A stretch of DNA of 64,000 nucleotides. Source: Candidatus Latescibacterota bacterium (lineage in GTDB: Bacteria > Latescibacterota > UBA2968 > UBA8231). The notes beneath the pieces are model-generated. The model had not been told where the DNA came from. It saw only the letters and a program-made list of their open reading frames with translations, and did not search any database. Every line of letters starts with the position of its first letter. Position 1 is the stretch's first letter. The stretch spans positions 352,001 through 416,000 of the forward strand of contig CBDCDC010000001.1 of NCBI GenBank assembly GCA_965215195.1, written 5' to 3'. This document shows, one piece after another, positions 20,975 to 30,570 of the stretch. The position numbers and the translations under genes are program-made.

Positions 20975-23900
20975 TCACGCCCGCTCCCAACGCGGCAGTT
21001 GCTCGGCGTAGTAGCGGCGACTATCCGCGTCCAAGGTGCGCCAGATCAAGAACTGCTTGCGCACGTCGTCCAAAAAGGTGCGCACCACTCGCTGCCACGT
21101 CGCCAAATCTCCAGCCACCAGCACCAAGTCAACGTGAATATCGCAATAGTGCGGATCCGCGCTTGGGCTTATTTCCATGACAGTCTGCTGCACCACGCCT
21201 TGGTCAAACGGCGCCAACCACACCTGCGCCGCCACGCGCAGCCGATCGCCGACCTGTTCCACCGCCAACGCTTCGACGTAAAATCCCGCCCCTATGGACT
21301 GCTCCTGATTGGCCGCCCACGCTTCGGCTTGGAATGCCGCCATGCCGAGGGCTTCGCGCCGCGCCAGCGAGAAGGGCAGTTGTACGCGCAAGTGCTCGCC
21401 TTCGACGAAGGGCAGCTTCCACCGCCGTTCAATCCCGGGCGTACAGATTCGCCCGGCCATGCGCGCCGGATAGAGCGCCGACGCCACCACTAACAGCGCG
21501 ATCGCGCCTACGGTGAGCACCGCCCCCAGCGACGAGTAATTCAGTTCCAAGCCGGGCAAAAAGCCCCCCTGACTCAACAGCTGGGCCGCGCCTTGCCCTA
21601 GCAAATACCCTGCGACCGTGCCGACCACGCCCAAAGCCACTGCTTCGGCCATGAACAGCCCGCTGACGTGCCCGGGGGCTAAGCCGACCGCGTTAAAGGT
21701 GCCGATTTCCCGCGTCCGCTCGTACACGGCCCCGAGCATGGTGTTGAACACGATCAACGCGGCGATCAGCAGCGGCACGATCAGCGATCCCCACCCAGAC
21801 ACGGACGCCACCCCAACCGAATTGACGAGCAAACGCTGCCCGCCCAAGCCGGCGAACAGGTTCAAATCCAAGGTCTCCGCCAATTCCTCTATTGCGTCGC
21901 GCTGCTCCTCGGGCGTCCCTCCGAGCCGAATCCCCACGGACGCCAGCCGCACCCCTTCCCACCGCATCAACGCGGCAAACGGCAAGACCGGCGTCGCCGA
22001 GGCCGGCAAATGGGCAAAGGGCCGCAACTTCCCCCCCTGTTCGCGTCCTACTTCCGCTTCCGAGGGTTGTTGCGCCTCTGGATCCAACGGGGTCAGGGGC
22101 TCGCCATTCAAATCGAGCCGGTCCAGCGCGTCATCGGCGAGCAATCCAACGACCCGAAACACTTCCCCAAAAACCCGAACCCGCTCCAATCCCCCGGCGC
22201 TTACCCCCAGAGAATCCGCCAATCCCACCGGCAACAGGCAGGCGTCCTCTTCGCCGGGCCGCAGCCACCGCCCAGCTACCACCTGCGGCCCGAGCAAATC
22301 CTCCTCTTGCGCCGCCAACCCGACGAACCCCCAGACCCCAACCGCCCTCCCGTCCTCGTCGTCCCGCTCGACTCGGTAGGACGACGCCAGCGATTTTACC
22401 GACAGCCACGCCCGCGGCGCGACCTGCTCGTCGCCAAACCAATCGCGCAACAGGTCGTAGCCTTCCACTTCCATGGCCTGCCAGCCCGGCATCCGCACCA
22501 ACGCCCCCGCGTACGCTGCGTCCGCGCCAATCGCAATCCAATTGGCGTGCAGGGCAGCGCGGACCGACGTGAAGGACAGCACGGCAAAAGTCAACAGCAC
22601 CAGCGTTGCGCAGGTCAGCCCGGTGCGCCACGGCCGCCGCCGCAAATGCGCCAACCCCACCGCCACCGAAGTCAACACCGCGCCCGACCGCTGTACCGCG
22701 ACCTGCCCGCGCCTAGTGCCCAACGCCTGCAACTCCCGATTTAAGCGCGACATCCCCAAGGCCGTGACCAAAATCCCCAACGCCAAGATGACGAAGCCGA
22801 GCAGAATGATGGCCGGCGAGATCGACAAATCAAAGGCCGGATGCACGTAGCGCAGGGCGACAAAGCCAACGAGAAAGAGCGCGAAATACCCCAAGACCTG
22901 TCGCCGCAAGTCGGCAAAGCCAAACGCCAACCGCTCGGCAAAGTGGGCAAAGGGAATCAGCACCGCCAACAAAAAGAGCGCGGCCTGCACCACCCCAGCT
23001 TGCGTCCGCTCCACGTCCCGATAGGCCGCCGCAGCCAGCGCCCAAGCGCGCCGCGCCCGATCGCCAAAGTCTCGGTGCCGATGCTCGGCCCGCGCCGCTT
23101 CCGCTTGTGCGAGCAACCCGGCCGACCGCTCGTGAAAGGCCGCCAACCGCTCATTGTGCACGCCGTGTCGCTCCAGCCGGCCAATCCGCTCGCCATTGAG
23201 CACGTGCATATCAACAGCCACTCGATACACCGTCTCCACGACGCGCCCCTTCCCATCGACCGCATAGCCCACCCCACTCGGAACATCCTCCGTCCCATTG
23301 AGCAACAGCAGGCGTCGCCCCAACCCATAGCGGCCCGTCGCCATCACGGCCTTGAACCGCGCCGCGGGCGGTGTAAAAATCACGGCGACCGGTTCCGTCC
23401 ACGACCCCACCCGATTCTCATAGCTGAATAGCTCCATTTCTGGAGCCGTCAGCGGCAGGCAGGCCCCGTACACCACCGGCTCGGCTTCAAGTGCCGCGTC
23501 AATCGCCTGTACGCGCTCCAAGGTCAACAAATTGCGCGGATCAAAAATCCCAAACAGCGCGGTCCCGCGCAGCGGTGCGGTGACGATCTGCACCTCTTTC
23601 TCGGCACCATCCATCAGTACCGTCAGTGCGCGCCCCGGCAACTTGCGCTCGCCGTTGATCCCCCAGTCCGGCGCATCCGTCACCGCCCCGGTCTCCGCAT
23701 TGAGCCGATACGCCTCCAACCGCACCCGCTTCGTGTAGATGATTCCAGATTCAACTCCGGGAATGGCAAACCGCCCCGAATCGTCGGCCGCCGCCCAAAA
23801 ATCCGGCCGCACCCCCGCCAACGTCGGCTGGCGCAGCCGCACCCGCACCAATGCCCCGGCCGTCGGCTGATCCGGCAGATAGCTGCGCGGCCCGTAGTGG

Positions 23901-25348
23901 ACCACCTCTCCGCGAATAGTGCCAAACGCATCGTTGCCCCAAGCCCACGGCTCTAGGTCCGGGTCGTCAATGAGCGCGGGCAGCACGGCCCGCAGCAGCG
24001 CGACTTGACCGGCCAACCAGCCAAAGCGCACGGCCTCGGGACGGTCGTCGGGCGCGTCAAAGCGGGCGCGGCTGTCGTTGACCGTGCAAAAGGCCAACGC
24101 CGGGCATCCGGCGAGGGCCGCTACGGCCGCATCCAGCGGCACCGTCAGCCCCATTCCCCCCAAACCTTGGCGGGCAAAGTCCTGCTTCAGGCCATTGACC
24201 AGCACCCGCTCGCCCCCCAACGCGGAATTTTCGTACGCCGTTACCAGCTTTAGCAACCGCTCGGTGATCGGCGGCGCGAGCAAGGAGACGCGATACGGTG
24301 CTCGCGGGTTGAACGCCCCGAGCCGCGGGCTGTGCGACGACAGATCCAAGCCCGCAAAAAAGCGCGTTTCCAGCGCGCTGAGCCGCCGCAAGAGCGCGGT
24401 CTCCTCCACCCCGCCCTCCCGCTGCCCGGCAGCCGCCAACAACAACGGCGCGAAATGGCGCATCCCCGCCATGTTCTGGAAGTGCCCGGCCGTCCACAGC
24501 AACGCGACCGTGCGCTTGGGCGGCCGTGCGGCGAGCACTCGGGCCAGTTCCAACAGCGCGGCCGCACTCCCGGCTTGCTCGGCCCCCGGTGCTAACGCTG
24601 GCACCGGCGACATAGCGTCGTAATGCGCGGCGAGGAAGACAATCTCCTCCGCCAGCGTCGCGTCTTGCCCGGGAATCACGGCGATCAAATTCTGCGCGGT
24701 CACCTCCCGCCACGCCATCCGCCCCCGCAAGCGCACCTGCGCCCGCGACCTTTCCAGCACCCGCAAGCGTTCCGCCGCGTCTTTGCGGGCGTAGAGCCGC
24801 GGCAAGTCGGCCGGCACATCGAGGAACTTTTGCTCGGCTTCCTTGCGATGCGCCCCGGCCGATTCCAAAAACACCACGGCCGCCGCCCCCAAGTGAAACG
24901 CATCCACCCAAGCTGTGCCCGAAGCATAGTCGAGGAGGACGATCCGCCCGGCCACCGGCTGCCCTTCGAGTCGGCGGCCATCTCCGCCATACACCAACTC
25001 CCCCTCAATCCCCTTGGCCGGCAGGGTTGGCGTCCGCACCAAATTGGGCCAGACCCCGAACAATTCGAGCCGCTCTCCGGCGCATTCGAGCCAGAACCCC
25101 TCGTCGATCGGCACCAACACCGGAAACTCGTGCCGGTAGAATTCTGCCACCCCCAGCCTCTCTAGCTCGGCGACCAGCCACTCGCGGGCCGCTGTGGCCC
25201 CGGGATAGCCCGTCATCCGCGAGGCAGGTGCGGAGAGCGTCTCCACGGTGCGCCGCAGACGCGCTTCCATCTCGGATCCGGCGGCTAAGGACGGGCTTAG
25301 GAACCAAGCGGCCGAGAGCAGTGCGCCTATAAAAGGGAAAACCCCCAA
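20975..25348 (-). CDS. Large M28-peptidase-like / FtsX-like permease fusion (start uncertain, 25348 TTG to 25270 ATG)
   Basis: NLIAVIPG...FLAAHYDA...PGAEQAGSAAALLELAR; C-terminal NTMLGAVYERTREIG..NAVGL FtsX motif; signal-like ALLSAAWFLSPSLAA. Confidence 0.8.
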   Translation of the reverse strand: MGVFPFIGALLSAAWFLSPSLAAGSEMEARLRRTVETLSAPASRMTGYPGATAAREWLVAELERLGVAEFYRHEFPVLVPIDEGFWLECAGERLELFGVWPNLVRTPTLPAKGIEGELVYGGDGRRLEGQPVAGRIVLLDYASGTAWVDAFHLGAAAVVFLESAGAHRKEAEQKFLDVPADLPRLYARKDAAERLRVLERSRAQVRLRGRMAWREVTAQNLIAVIPGQDATLAEEIVFLAAHYDAMSPVPALAPGAEQAGSAAALLELARVLAARPPKRTVALLWTAGHFQNMAGMRHFAPLLLAAAGQREGGVEETALLRRLSALETRFFAGLDLSSHSPRLGAFNPRAPYRVSLLAPPITERLLKLVTAYENSALGGERVLVNGLKQDFARQGLGGMGLTVPLDAAVAALAGCPALAFCTVNDSRARFDAPDDRPEAVRFGWLAGQVALLRAVLPALIDDPDLEPWAWGNDAFGTIRGEVVHYGPRSYLPDQPTAGALVRVRLRQPTLAGVRPDFWAAADDSGRFAIPGVESGIIYTKRVRLEAYRLNAETGAVTDAPDWGINGERKLPGRALTVLMDGAEKEVQIVTAPLRGTALFGIFDPRNLLTLERVQAIDAALEAEPVVYGACLPLTAPEMELFSYENRVGSWTEPVAVIFTPPAARFKAVMATGRYGLGRRLLLLNGTEDVPSGVGYAVDGKGRVVETVYRVAVDMHVLNGERIGRLERHGVHNERLAAFHERSAGLLAQAEAARAEHRHRDFGDRARRAWALAAAAYRDVERTQAGVVQAALFLLAVLIPFAHFAERLAFGFADLRRQVLGYFALFLVGFVALRYVHPAFDLSISPAIILLGFVILALGILVTALGMSRLNRELQALGTRRGQVAVQRSGAVLTSVAVGLAHLRRRPWRTGLTCATLVLLTFAVLSFTSVRAALHANWIAIGADAAYAGALVRMPGWQAMEVEGYDLLRDWFGDEQVAPRAWLSVKSLASSYRVERDDEDGRAVGVWGFVGLAAQEEDLLGPQVVAGRWLRPGEEDACLLPVGLADSLGVSAGGLERVRVFGEVFRVVGLLADDALDRLDLNGEPLTPLDPEAQQPSEAEVGREQGGKLRPFAHLPASATPVLPFAALMRWEGVRLASVGIRLGGTPEEQRDAIEELAETLDLNLFAGLGGQRLLVNSVGVASVSGWGSLIVPLLIAALIVFNTMLGAVYERTREIGTFNAVGLAPGHVSGLFMAEAVALGVVGTVAGYLLGQGAAQLLSQGGFLPGLELNYSSLGAVLTVGAIALLVVASALYPARMAGRICTPGIERRWKLPFVEGEHLRVQLPFSLARREALGMAAFQAEAWAANQEQSIGAGFYVEALAVEQVGDRLRVAAQVWLAPFDQGVVQQTVMEISPSADPHYCDIHVDLVLVAGDLATWQRVVRTFLDDVRKQFLIWRTLDADSRRYYAEQLPRWERA

Positions 25349-25376
25349 AGGCCCGCGGCCCCGGAGGGATTCCCTA
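25331..25376 (-). terminator. Intrinsic-terminator-like hairpin
   Basis: Minus strand AGGGAATCCCTCCGGGGCC-GCG-GGCCTTTGGGGGTTTTCCC-TTTT. Confidence 0.55.
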
Positions 25377-25990
25377 TTTTTCGGTTGTAATAACACAAAG
25401 CAAACTCTTGCGTTTGAACGAATTAACCTTCCGGTTGTCTGTGCAATTTGGCAAGCCGCTGGGCATTCTCGTCGAGCATAATAGGTTGTCGGCGGTAGAT
25501 TCGATGGGCTAATGTCGTTGCTAGGGTGTGCGTAGAGAAAGCGGGAGTATGAAGGAAGGGGTTGCGCCCTTGAGCCGACTTCTAATGACGCGGTGCATTC
25601 GGTCCCGCCGCTTTGACGACGAGCGGGAAAATGAAAAAAAAATCCAGTATCAGCAAGACCCCGAGGCGGCATCCGGTTGGCCTGCTTCGAGACGCCGCTG
25701 ATTTAGATGGTGCGCTTAAAAGCCTGCGTCCGTGCAAACGGGTGGCGCAGCTTGTCTTGCTCGCGGGAAGGACTACCGTTTGCTCAACACAACCCAAGCA
25801 TGCTCCAGCTCAACTGGAGGCGAGTTTTCAGAAGGCTTCTAAGTGTTTATACTTGCGAAGGAGCGGCGACTAAGAAAACGCCTTGACACACCGGATGGCG
25901 GATTGCGATTACGGGCGTAAGGAATGCGAGCCATCCGCTTCAACACAAAGAGGAAGACGCCTAGCGGGCCAACGCCCCAAGGCAAGACCG

Positions 25991-27544
25991 ATGACAGAGG
26001 CCAGACGCAAGCTGCCCATCGGCATCCAGACCTTCCGCGAGATTCGCGAGGACAACTGCTACTACGTGGACAAAACCGCCTACCTGTGGCGGCTGGTGAA
26101 AGAGGGCAAGCACTATTTCCTCGCCCGCCCGCGCCGGTTCGGCAAGAGCCTCCTCATTGATACCCTCAAGGAGTTATTCGAAGGCAACGAGCCCCTGTTC
26201 GAGAGGCTGGCTATCTACGAGTGCTGGAACTGGTCGGTGCGCCATCCGGTCGTGCGCCTGAGTTTCGGCGGCGGCAACTTCAAGGAGCCGGGCTATCTAC
26301 AGGCGAACCTCATGGAGCAACTGGCCGCCATCGAACGCCGGGCGCAGGTGACCTCCGAATACGCCACGACGCCGGGGCGTTTCGCCTATTTGTTGGAGGC
26401 ACTCCACGAACAAACCGGCCAACCCGTCGCGGTGCTGATCGACGAATACGACAAGCCGATTCTGGACGCGCTGGAGGTGTCGGAGGTCGGCCGGGCCAAC
26501 CGCGATTTTCTGCGCGGCGTCTATGCGGTCATCAAGGACAGCGACGCCCACGTCAAGTTCACCCTGCTGACCGGGGTGAGCAAATTCTCCAAGGTCAGCC
26601 TCTTTTCGGGTCTCAACAACCTCAACGACATCACGCTGGATCCGCGCTACTCAGCCCTGTGCGGGTACACCGACGCGGACTTGGACACCGTGTTCGCGGC
26701 GGAACTGCCCGGCCTAGACCGAGAGGCGATTCGGCACTGGTACAATGGCTACAACTGGCTGGGCGAGGAAAAGGTCTATAACCCCTTTGACATCCTCCTG
26801 CTGTTTGACCGCCGCCGGTTCGGGGCCTACTGGTTTGAGACCGGCACGCCGACATTTCTGCTCGAGACGCTGGTGGAGCGCGAGGTGGGTGCCTTGGCCT
26901 TGGAAGACATGCTCGGCAGCGACGCGTTGCTATCTACCTTCGACGTAGATCACATCGCGACCGAGGCCCTGCTGTTCCAGACCGGCTACCTCACCATTCT
27001 CCGCACTGAGCCGCGCGCCGGCGAGATGTACTACCGGTTGGGCTACCCCAACCAAGAGGTGCGCCAAAGCCTGAACAGGAGTCTGCTAAACCGCCTGATG
27101 GTGAACCCGGCACACCGGGTCAAGCACGGCGCACGCCTGTACGACCTGCTGCTGGTCAACGACTTCGCCGGCTTAGAAACGCTGTTTAAGGCGTTCTTCG
27201 CCGGCATCCCCTACCAGTGGCATACCAAAAACAACCTCGCCGACTACGAGGGCTACTACGCCAGCGTGTTCTATTCCTGCTTTGCGGCGCTGGGGCTGGA
27301 TGTGATCGTGGAGGACAGTAGTAGCCATGGCCGCTTGGACATGGCGGTGGTATTCAACGACGCGGTGTACCTGTTTGAGTTCAAGGTGGTCGAATCGGCC
27401 GCCGAGGGGACGGCGCTGGCGCAGTTGCGGGCGCGGGGCTACGCGGACAAGTACCGCGGGTCGGGTCGGCCGATTCATCTGATCGCGGTAGAATTCAGCA
27501 AGGAGACCCGCAACGTGGCGGCCTTAGAGGTGGCGCAGGCGTGA
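25991..27544 (+). CDS. AAA-ATPase-like + PD-(D/E)XK nuclease (PF09820/PF08011-type)
   Basis: KLPIGIQTF, YYVDKT, RPRRFGKS, LIDEYDKP, TGVSKF, EGYYAS, GRLD, FEFK. Confidence 0.92.
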   Translation: MTEARRKLPIGIQTFREIREDNCYYVDKTAYLWRLVKEGKHYFLARPRRFGKSLLIDTLKELFEGNEPLFERLAIYECWNWSVRHPVVRLSFGGGNFKEPGYLQANLMEQLAAIERRAQVTSEYATTPGRFAYLLEALHEQTGQPVAVLIDEYDKPILDALEVSEVGRANRDFLRGVYAVIKDSDAHVKFTLLTGVSKFSKVSLFSGLNNLNDITLDPRYSALCGYTDADLDTVFAAELPGLDREAIRHWYNGYNWLGEEKVYNPFDILLLFDRRRFGAYWFETGTPTFLLETLVEREVGALALEDMLGSDALLSTFDVDHIATEALLFQTGYLTILRTEPRAGEMYYRLGYPNQEVRQSLNRSLLNRLMVNPAHRVKHGARLYDLLLVNDFAGLETLFKAFFAGIPYQWHTKNNLADYEGYYASVFYSCFAALGLDVIVEDSSSHGRLDMAVVFNDAVYLFEFKVVESAAEGTALAQLRARGYADKYRGSGRPIHLIAVEFSKETRNVAALEVAQA

Positions 27545-27698
27545 ATCCTCTCACCAGACTGCAAGTGCCTTATTCGGTATCGCTTTCCACCATCTACTCA
27601 CCCTAGGGGCGTTCGCGTTTCTCGCCGGTTTGGGTTGCGCGATGGCACCGGTCCTCGCCCAGACGCGGCACTTTGGGCGGCGGATAGGACTGCTCCGC

Positions 27699-27764
27699 GA
27701 CGAACCGGTCAAGGGGAGTTCCAACCGCGCTTTTGGCCTCGTCTTTGCCCTTGTGTTTCGCTAA
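27699..27764 (+). pseudogene. Remnant resembling the N-terminus of SxtJ-like membrane proteins
   Basis: DEPVKGSSNRAFGLVFALVFR-stop (family by recall). Confidence 0.4.
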
Positions 27765-27786
27765 GATCTCCCAATTGCAAACGTCC

Positions 27787-29223
27787 TCACCCCCACAGCT
27801 TAGGCAGCTGCTCCCGCAGCGTGACAAACGAGAAATAGCCAAAGAAGGCGCAGGCCCAAAGCAAGGCCACAAAGCGCGTCGGGTGCATGGCCAGCGCCCC
27901 TTTGAGTACGCGGTTGTTCTGCCACAAGAGCAATACCGAGTACAGCAGCATGACCCCGGCGTTGAGCGAAGCACTCAAGACCAGCAACTGCACCGGCTTG
28001 TTGTAGTCCGACAGCATAATCAGCACACCGAAGAGGATCTGCGCCCACAGCAGGAGGAAGTAGAGCCGGTTCCGCGTCCACTTGGCGTGGGCGCGCAGCC
28101 AGTTGGTCTTGACGATGTCGGTGGAGATGCGCGCACAGGCGTCCAACAGCCCCAGCTCGGTCGTCAGCAAAATGGCGATGCCCATCCAGTTGAAAAGGTG
28201 TTTGAAAAAGCCGCCGCGCTCCTGCGCGATAAAGTCGCCCTCGGTGCCGATAAACCCCAAGCCCTGTTCCAACCCAGGTGCCTGTCTCGTGGTGGCGTAG
28301 GCAATGAGCGACAGCAGCATCAGCGACAGAGCCGAGAGCGCGTAGAAGGTGACCAAATGCTCGCGGTTGGCCGCCTGCCACCAGCCGCGCCAGCGCCGCA
28401 TGTTCTCCGGCGTCTGCTCAAAGTGGTAGCCGATAGCACCCACGGCTTCTTCCCGCCCGGTCAGGGGGCTGGTCAGCCGCCCCACGTACGCGCCCATGGC
28501 ATAGCCTTTGTCGCGGACGAAATCGCTCTGCGCCAAGTTCATCGTCCCGCCGGCACCCGCAAAGGCCAAGGCGCCCAAAAAGAGCGGCAACTCCATCTCC
28601 TCTGGGATATGGCCGATATTGACGATGCCCTTGCACAGGTCCCACACGTGGCTAGGCTCTACTACCAAAAAGAAAATGACCAACAGCAGGACCAGCACCG
28701 CCGCGATCAGCACCGTCTGGATGCGCTCCACTGTATGGTACACCACCGGACCCAAACTCAGCGCCAGCCCGACCAACAACAGGCTGGCGATCGAATAGCC
28801 GACTCGCACGCTCTCGTCGCCGCCCAATTCCCAAGTCAGAATGGTCGCCGCCCCGGACGCCCAGCCCGGCCACATCCACGGGACCACATTGCACAAGAGA
28901 AAAACCCCGGCCCAGCCCGGCCATAGGCGGCAAAACCCAGTCACCGCGGTCTCGCCGGTAGCGAGGGTCCAGCGCTCGATTTCCATGTTGATGAAGTACT
29001 GGGTCAGCACCCCTACCATGCAGGCCCAAAACACTGCGAAGCCGAACTTGTACGTTATATAGGGCCAGAGCACGAACTCCCCGCTGCCCAGCGAAAGCCC
29101 CAAGAGCAGGATGCTCGGGCCGACCAACTTGCGCCAGTGGGGCGGCTCGGGGAGGTCGCGGTAGTGCCCTGCCGGCAGCCGATCGCAGGGGATTACCTCG
29201 TGCGGCACGGGTTTCGTGGTCAT
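27787..29223 (-). CDS. NRAMP-like/APC-fold membrane transporter
   Basis: VGPSILLLGLSLGSGEFVLWP, ERWTLATGE, AFAGAGG; about 11 TM segments. Confidence 0.78.
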   Translation of the reverse strand: MTTKPVPHEVIPCDRLPAGHYRDLPEPPHWRKLVGPSILLLGLSLGSGEFVLWPYITYKFGFAVFWACMVGVLTQYFINMEIERWTLATGETAVTGFCRLWPGWAGVFLLCNVVPWMWPGWASGAATILTWELGGDESVRVGYSIASLLLVGLALSLGPVVYHTVERIQTVLIAAVLVLLLVIFFLVVEPSHVWDLCKGIVNIGHIPEEMELPLFLGALAFAGAGGTMNLAQSDFVRDKGYAMGAYVGRLTSPLTGREEAVGAIGYHFEQTPENMRRWRGWWQAANREHLVTFYALSALSLMLLSLIAYATTRQAPGLEQGLGFIGTEGDFIAQERGGFFKHLFNWMGIAILLTTELGLLDACARISTDIVKTNWLRAHAKWTRNRLYFLLLWAQILFGVLIMLSDYNKPVQLLVLSASLNAGVMLLYSVLLLWQNNRVLKGALAMHPTRFVALLWACAFFGYFSFVTLREQLPKLWG

Positions 29224-29849
29224 CTTGTCCGTTCCTTGGTAGTCATCGCAGCAAGGCGAGCTTGCGCAGGACCGTCGAACTTGCCAGCGCGGCGGCGCGG
29301 CGTGTGTGGAAAGGAGGATTTGTGCTTGGCGAAGAATGCTTCCAGATCGAACTCTGCGACTGTTTGGTCGCGGGTGCGCTTAGGAAACCAGTAATCCAAT
29401 TTATCAAGACAGTTCTTGCAGACTTTGAGACGCGCCTTCCCATCTATGCGCACTCCAGTGTTATAGTCGTATCCCTTGATGTAAAATTCCCTACTCAAAT
29501 CGTTCGTCACAACGTAGCGTTCATATCGCCCATCGCTGTGCATCTCCCTCAAGGTCCGACAATAAGCAACGTGGAACTTGTTTCCGTCCTGCCTATTGTC
29601 AAGGACATCCTGAATTCTCGACCCGTGATCTTGAATATAAAGCAAGACCTGACGGCCTTTATATGTGAGTAACCCATTATCAGTCGAGCCTACTTCGGAC
29701 GAGTCAACTTCTATACCTTCTTCTATTTCGACGTCGATGGGATCGATCTGGGCCATTTCCCTTCGGACGACAAAACTGGGCTCCACGGCATCCGCGCCCA
29801 TGCGGTGGACTGCGGCGTACAAACTCGTGAAATCCACGTTGAGATGCAC
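29220..29849 (-). CDS. Zorya-associated protein (ZorE-like N-terminal part, no HNH motif visible)
   Basis: Directly downstream of zorB; YKGRQVLLYI, FHVAYCRTL, VCKNC; ends abruptly overlapping next gene. Confidence 0.6.
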   Translation of the reverse strand: MHLNVDFTSLYAAVHRMGADAVEPSFVVRREMAQIDPIDVEIEEGIEVDSSEVGSTDNGLLTYKGRQVLLYIQDHGSRIQDVLDNRQDGNKFHVAYCRTLREMHSDGRYERYVVTNDLSREFYIKGYDYNTGVRIDGKARLKVCKNCLDKLDYWFPKRTRDQTVAEFDLEAFFAKHKSSFPHTPRRRAGKFDGPAQARLAAMTTKERTR

Positions 29850-29856
29850 GATTAGC

Positions 29857-30570
29857 TCATTCCGTCAAAATTTTGCGAATCTGGAACTCCGCGTTCGTAA
29901 CCACGCGGAACACAACCCGGCGCGACGCATCCCGATCTTCGTGCCCAGCCTCGTCAAAGACGAGCCGAGAAAAGGAAAAACCCACCGCTACTACGTTGGC
30001 CTTTATCCACGCCTGATCTTCGGTGGCCGCCGGAACATTGTAAATGTACTCCAGCACCGACCGGGTCCGCCCCTGCGACAGCCACATGTTCTTGAAATAC
30101 ACTTCGGCTTCTCCGGTGGCCGCATCCCAATCGCTTGAAGTGTGTCCCTCAATACGCACCTCTTCAATAGCATCCTCGAATTGCTTGATCACCGTCAAGT
30201 AGCGCGGGAAAAAGTCGTTCAATATCTCCACAAAACGCGGCTGTAGCTCAATTTTCCCGGTCTCGAACAGCACTTCCGGCGACTTGAATTCGATCGCCAA
30301 CGTCGCCGCATTGAGCTCGGCCTCCCACTTGGGCAAATCGCTTGCAAATTCTTTCCACAAGGCGCGATTGATCGCCTCCTGTCCGTCGCGATAGGCCACT
30401 GCCACTTCCTTGATCTTGTCGCGTTCAATAAAGGCCGTACGCATCAACGCTATCGAGATAAAAAGAAAAACCATCATCAGACCGGCCATCAGATCCGAGA
30501 TCGTCATCCAGTGCTCGCCCTCCTGTTGGGTCGGTCGCGTTCCCAACAGAGACCTCATCTGTGCATTCAA
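29857..30570 (-). CDS. zorB: ZorB (MotB/OmpA-like)
   Basis: TM with conserved Asp WMTISDLMAGLMMVFLFI; OmpA motifs IEGHTS, N..LSQGR, SRRV. Confidence 0.85.
   Translation of the reverse strand: MNAQMRSLLGTRPTQQEGEHWMTISDLMAGLMMVFLFISIALMRTAFIERDKIKEVAVAYRDGQEAINRALWKEFASDLPKWEAELNAATLAIEFKSPEVLFETGKIELQPRFVEILNDFFPRYLTVIKQFEDAIEEVRIEGHTSSDWDAATGEAEVYFKNMWLSQGRTRSVLEYIYNVPAATEDQAWIKANVVAVGFSFSRLVFDEAGHEDRDASRRVVFRVVTNAEFQIRKILTE

Noticed and set aside
25349-25672. N-terminal extension of the 1565-aa ORF
   Set aside because: Non-protein-like sequence that crosses a terminator hairpin; the signal-like segment lies downstream.
25380-25880. tmRNA, RNase P RNA, 6S or known riboswitch
   Set aside because: No diagnostic consensus recognised by eye; kept only as an unexplained structured spacer.
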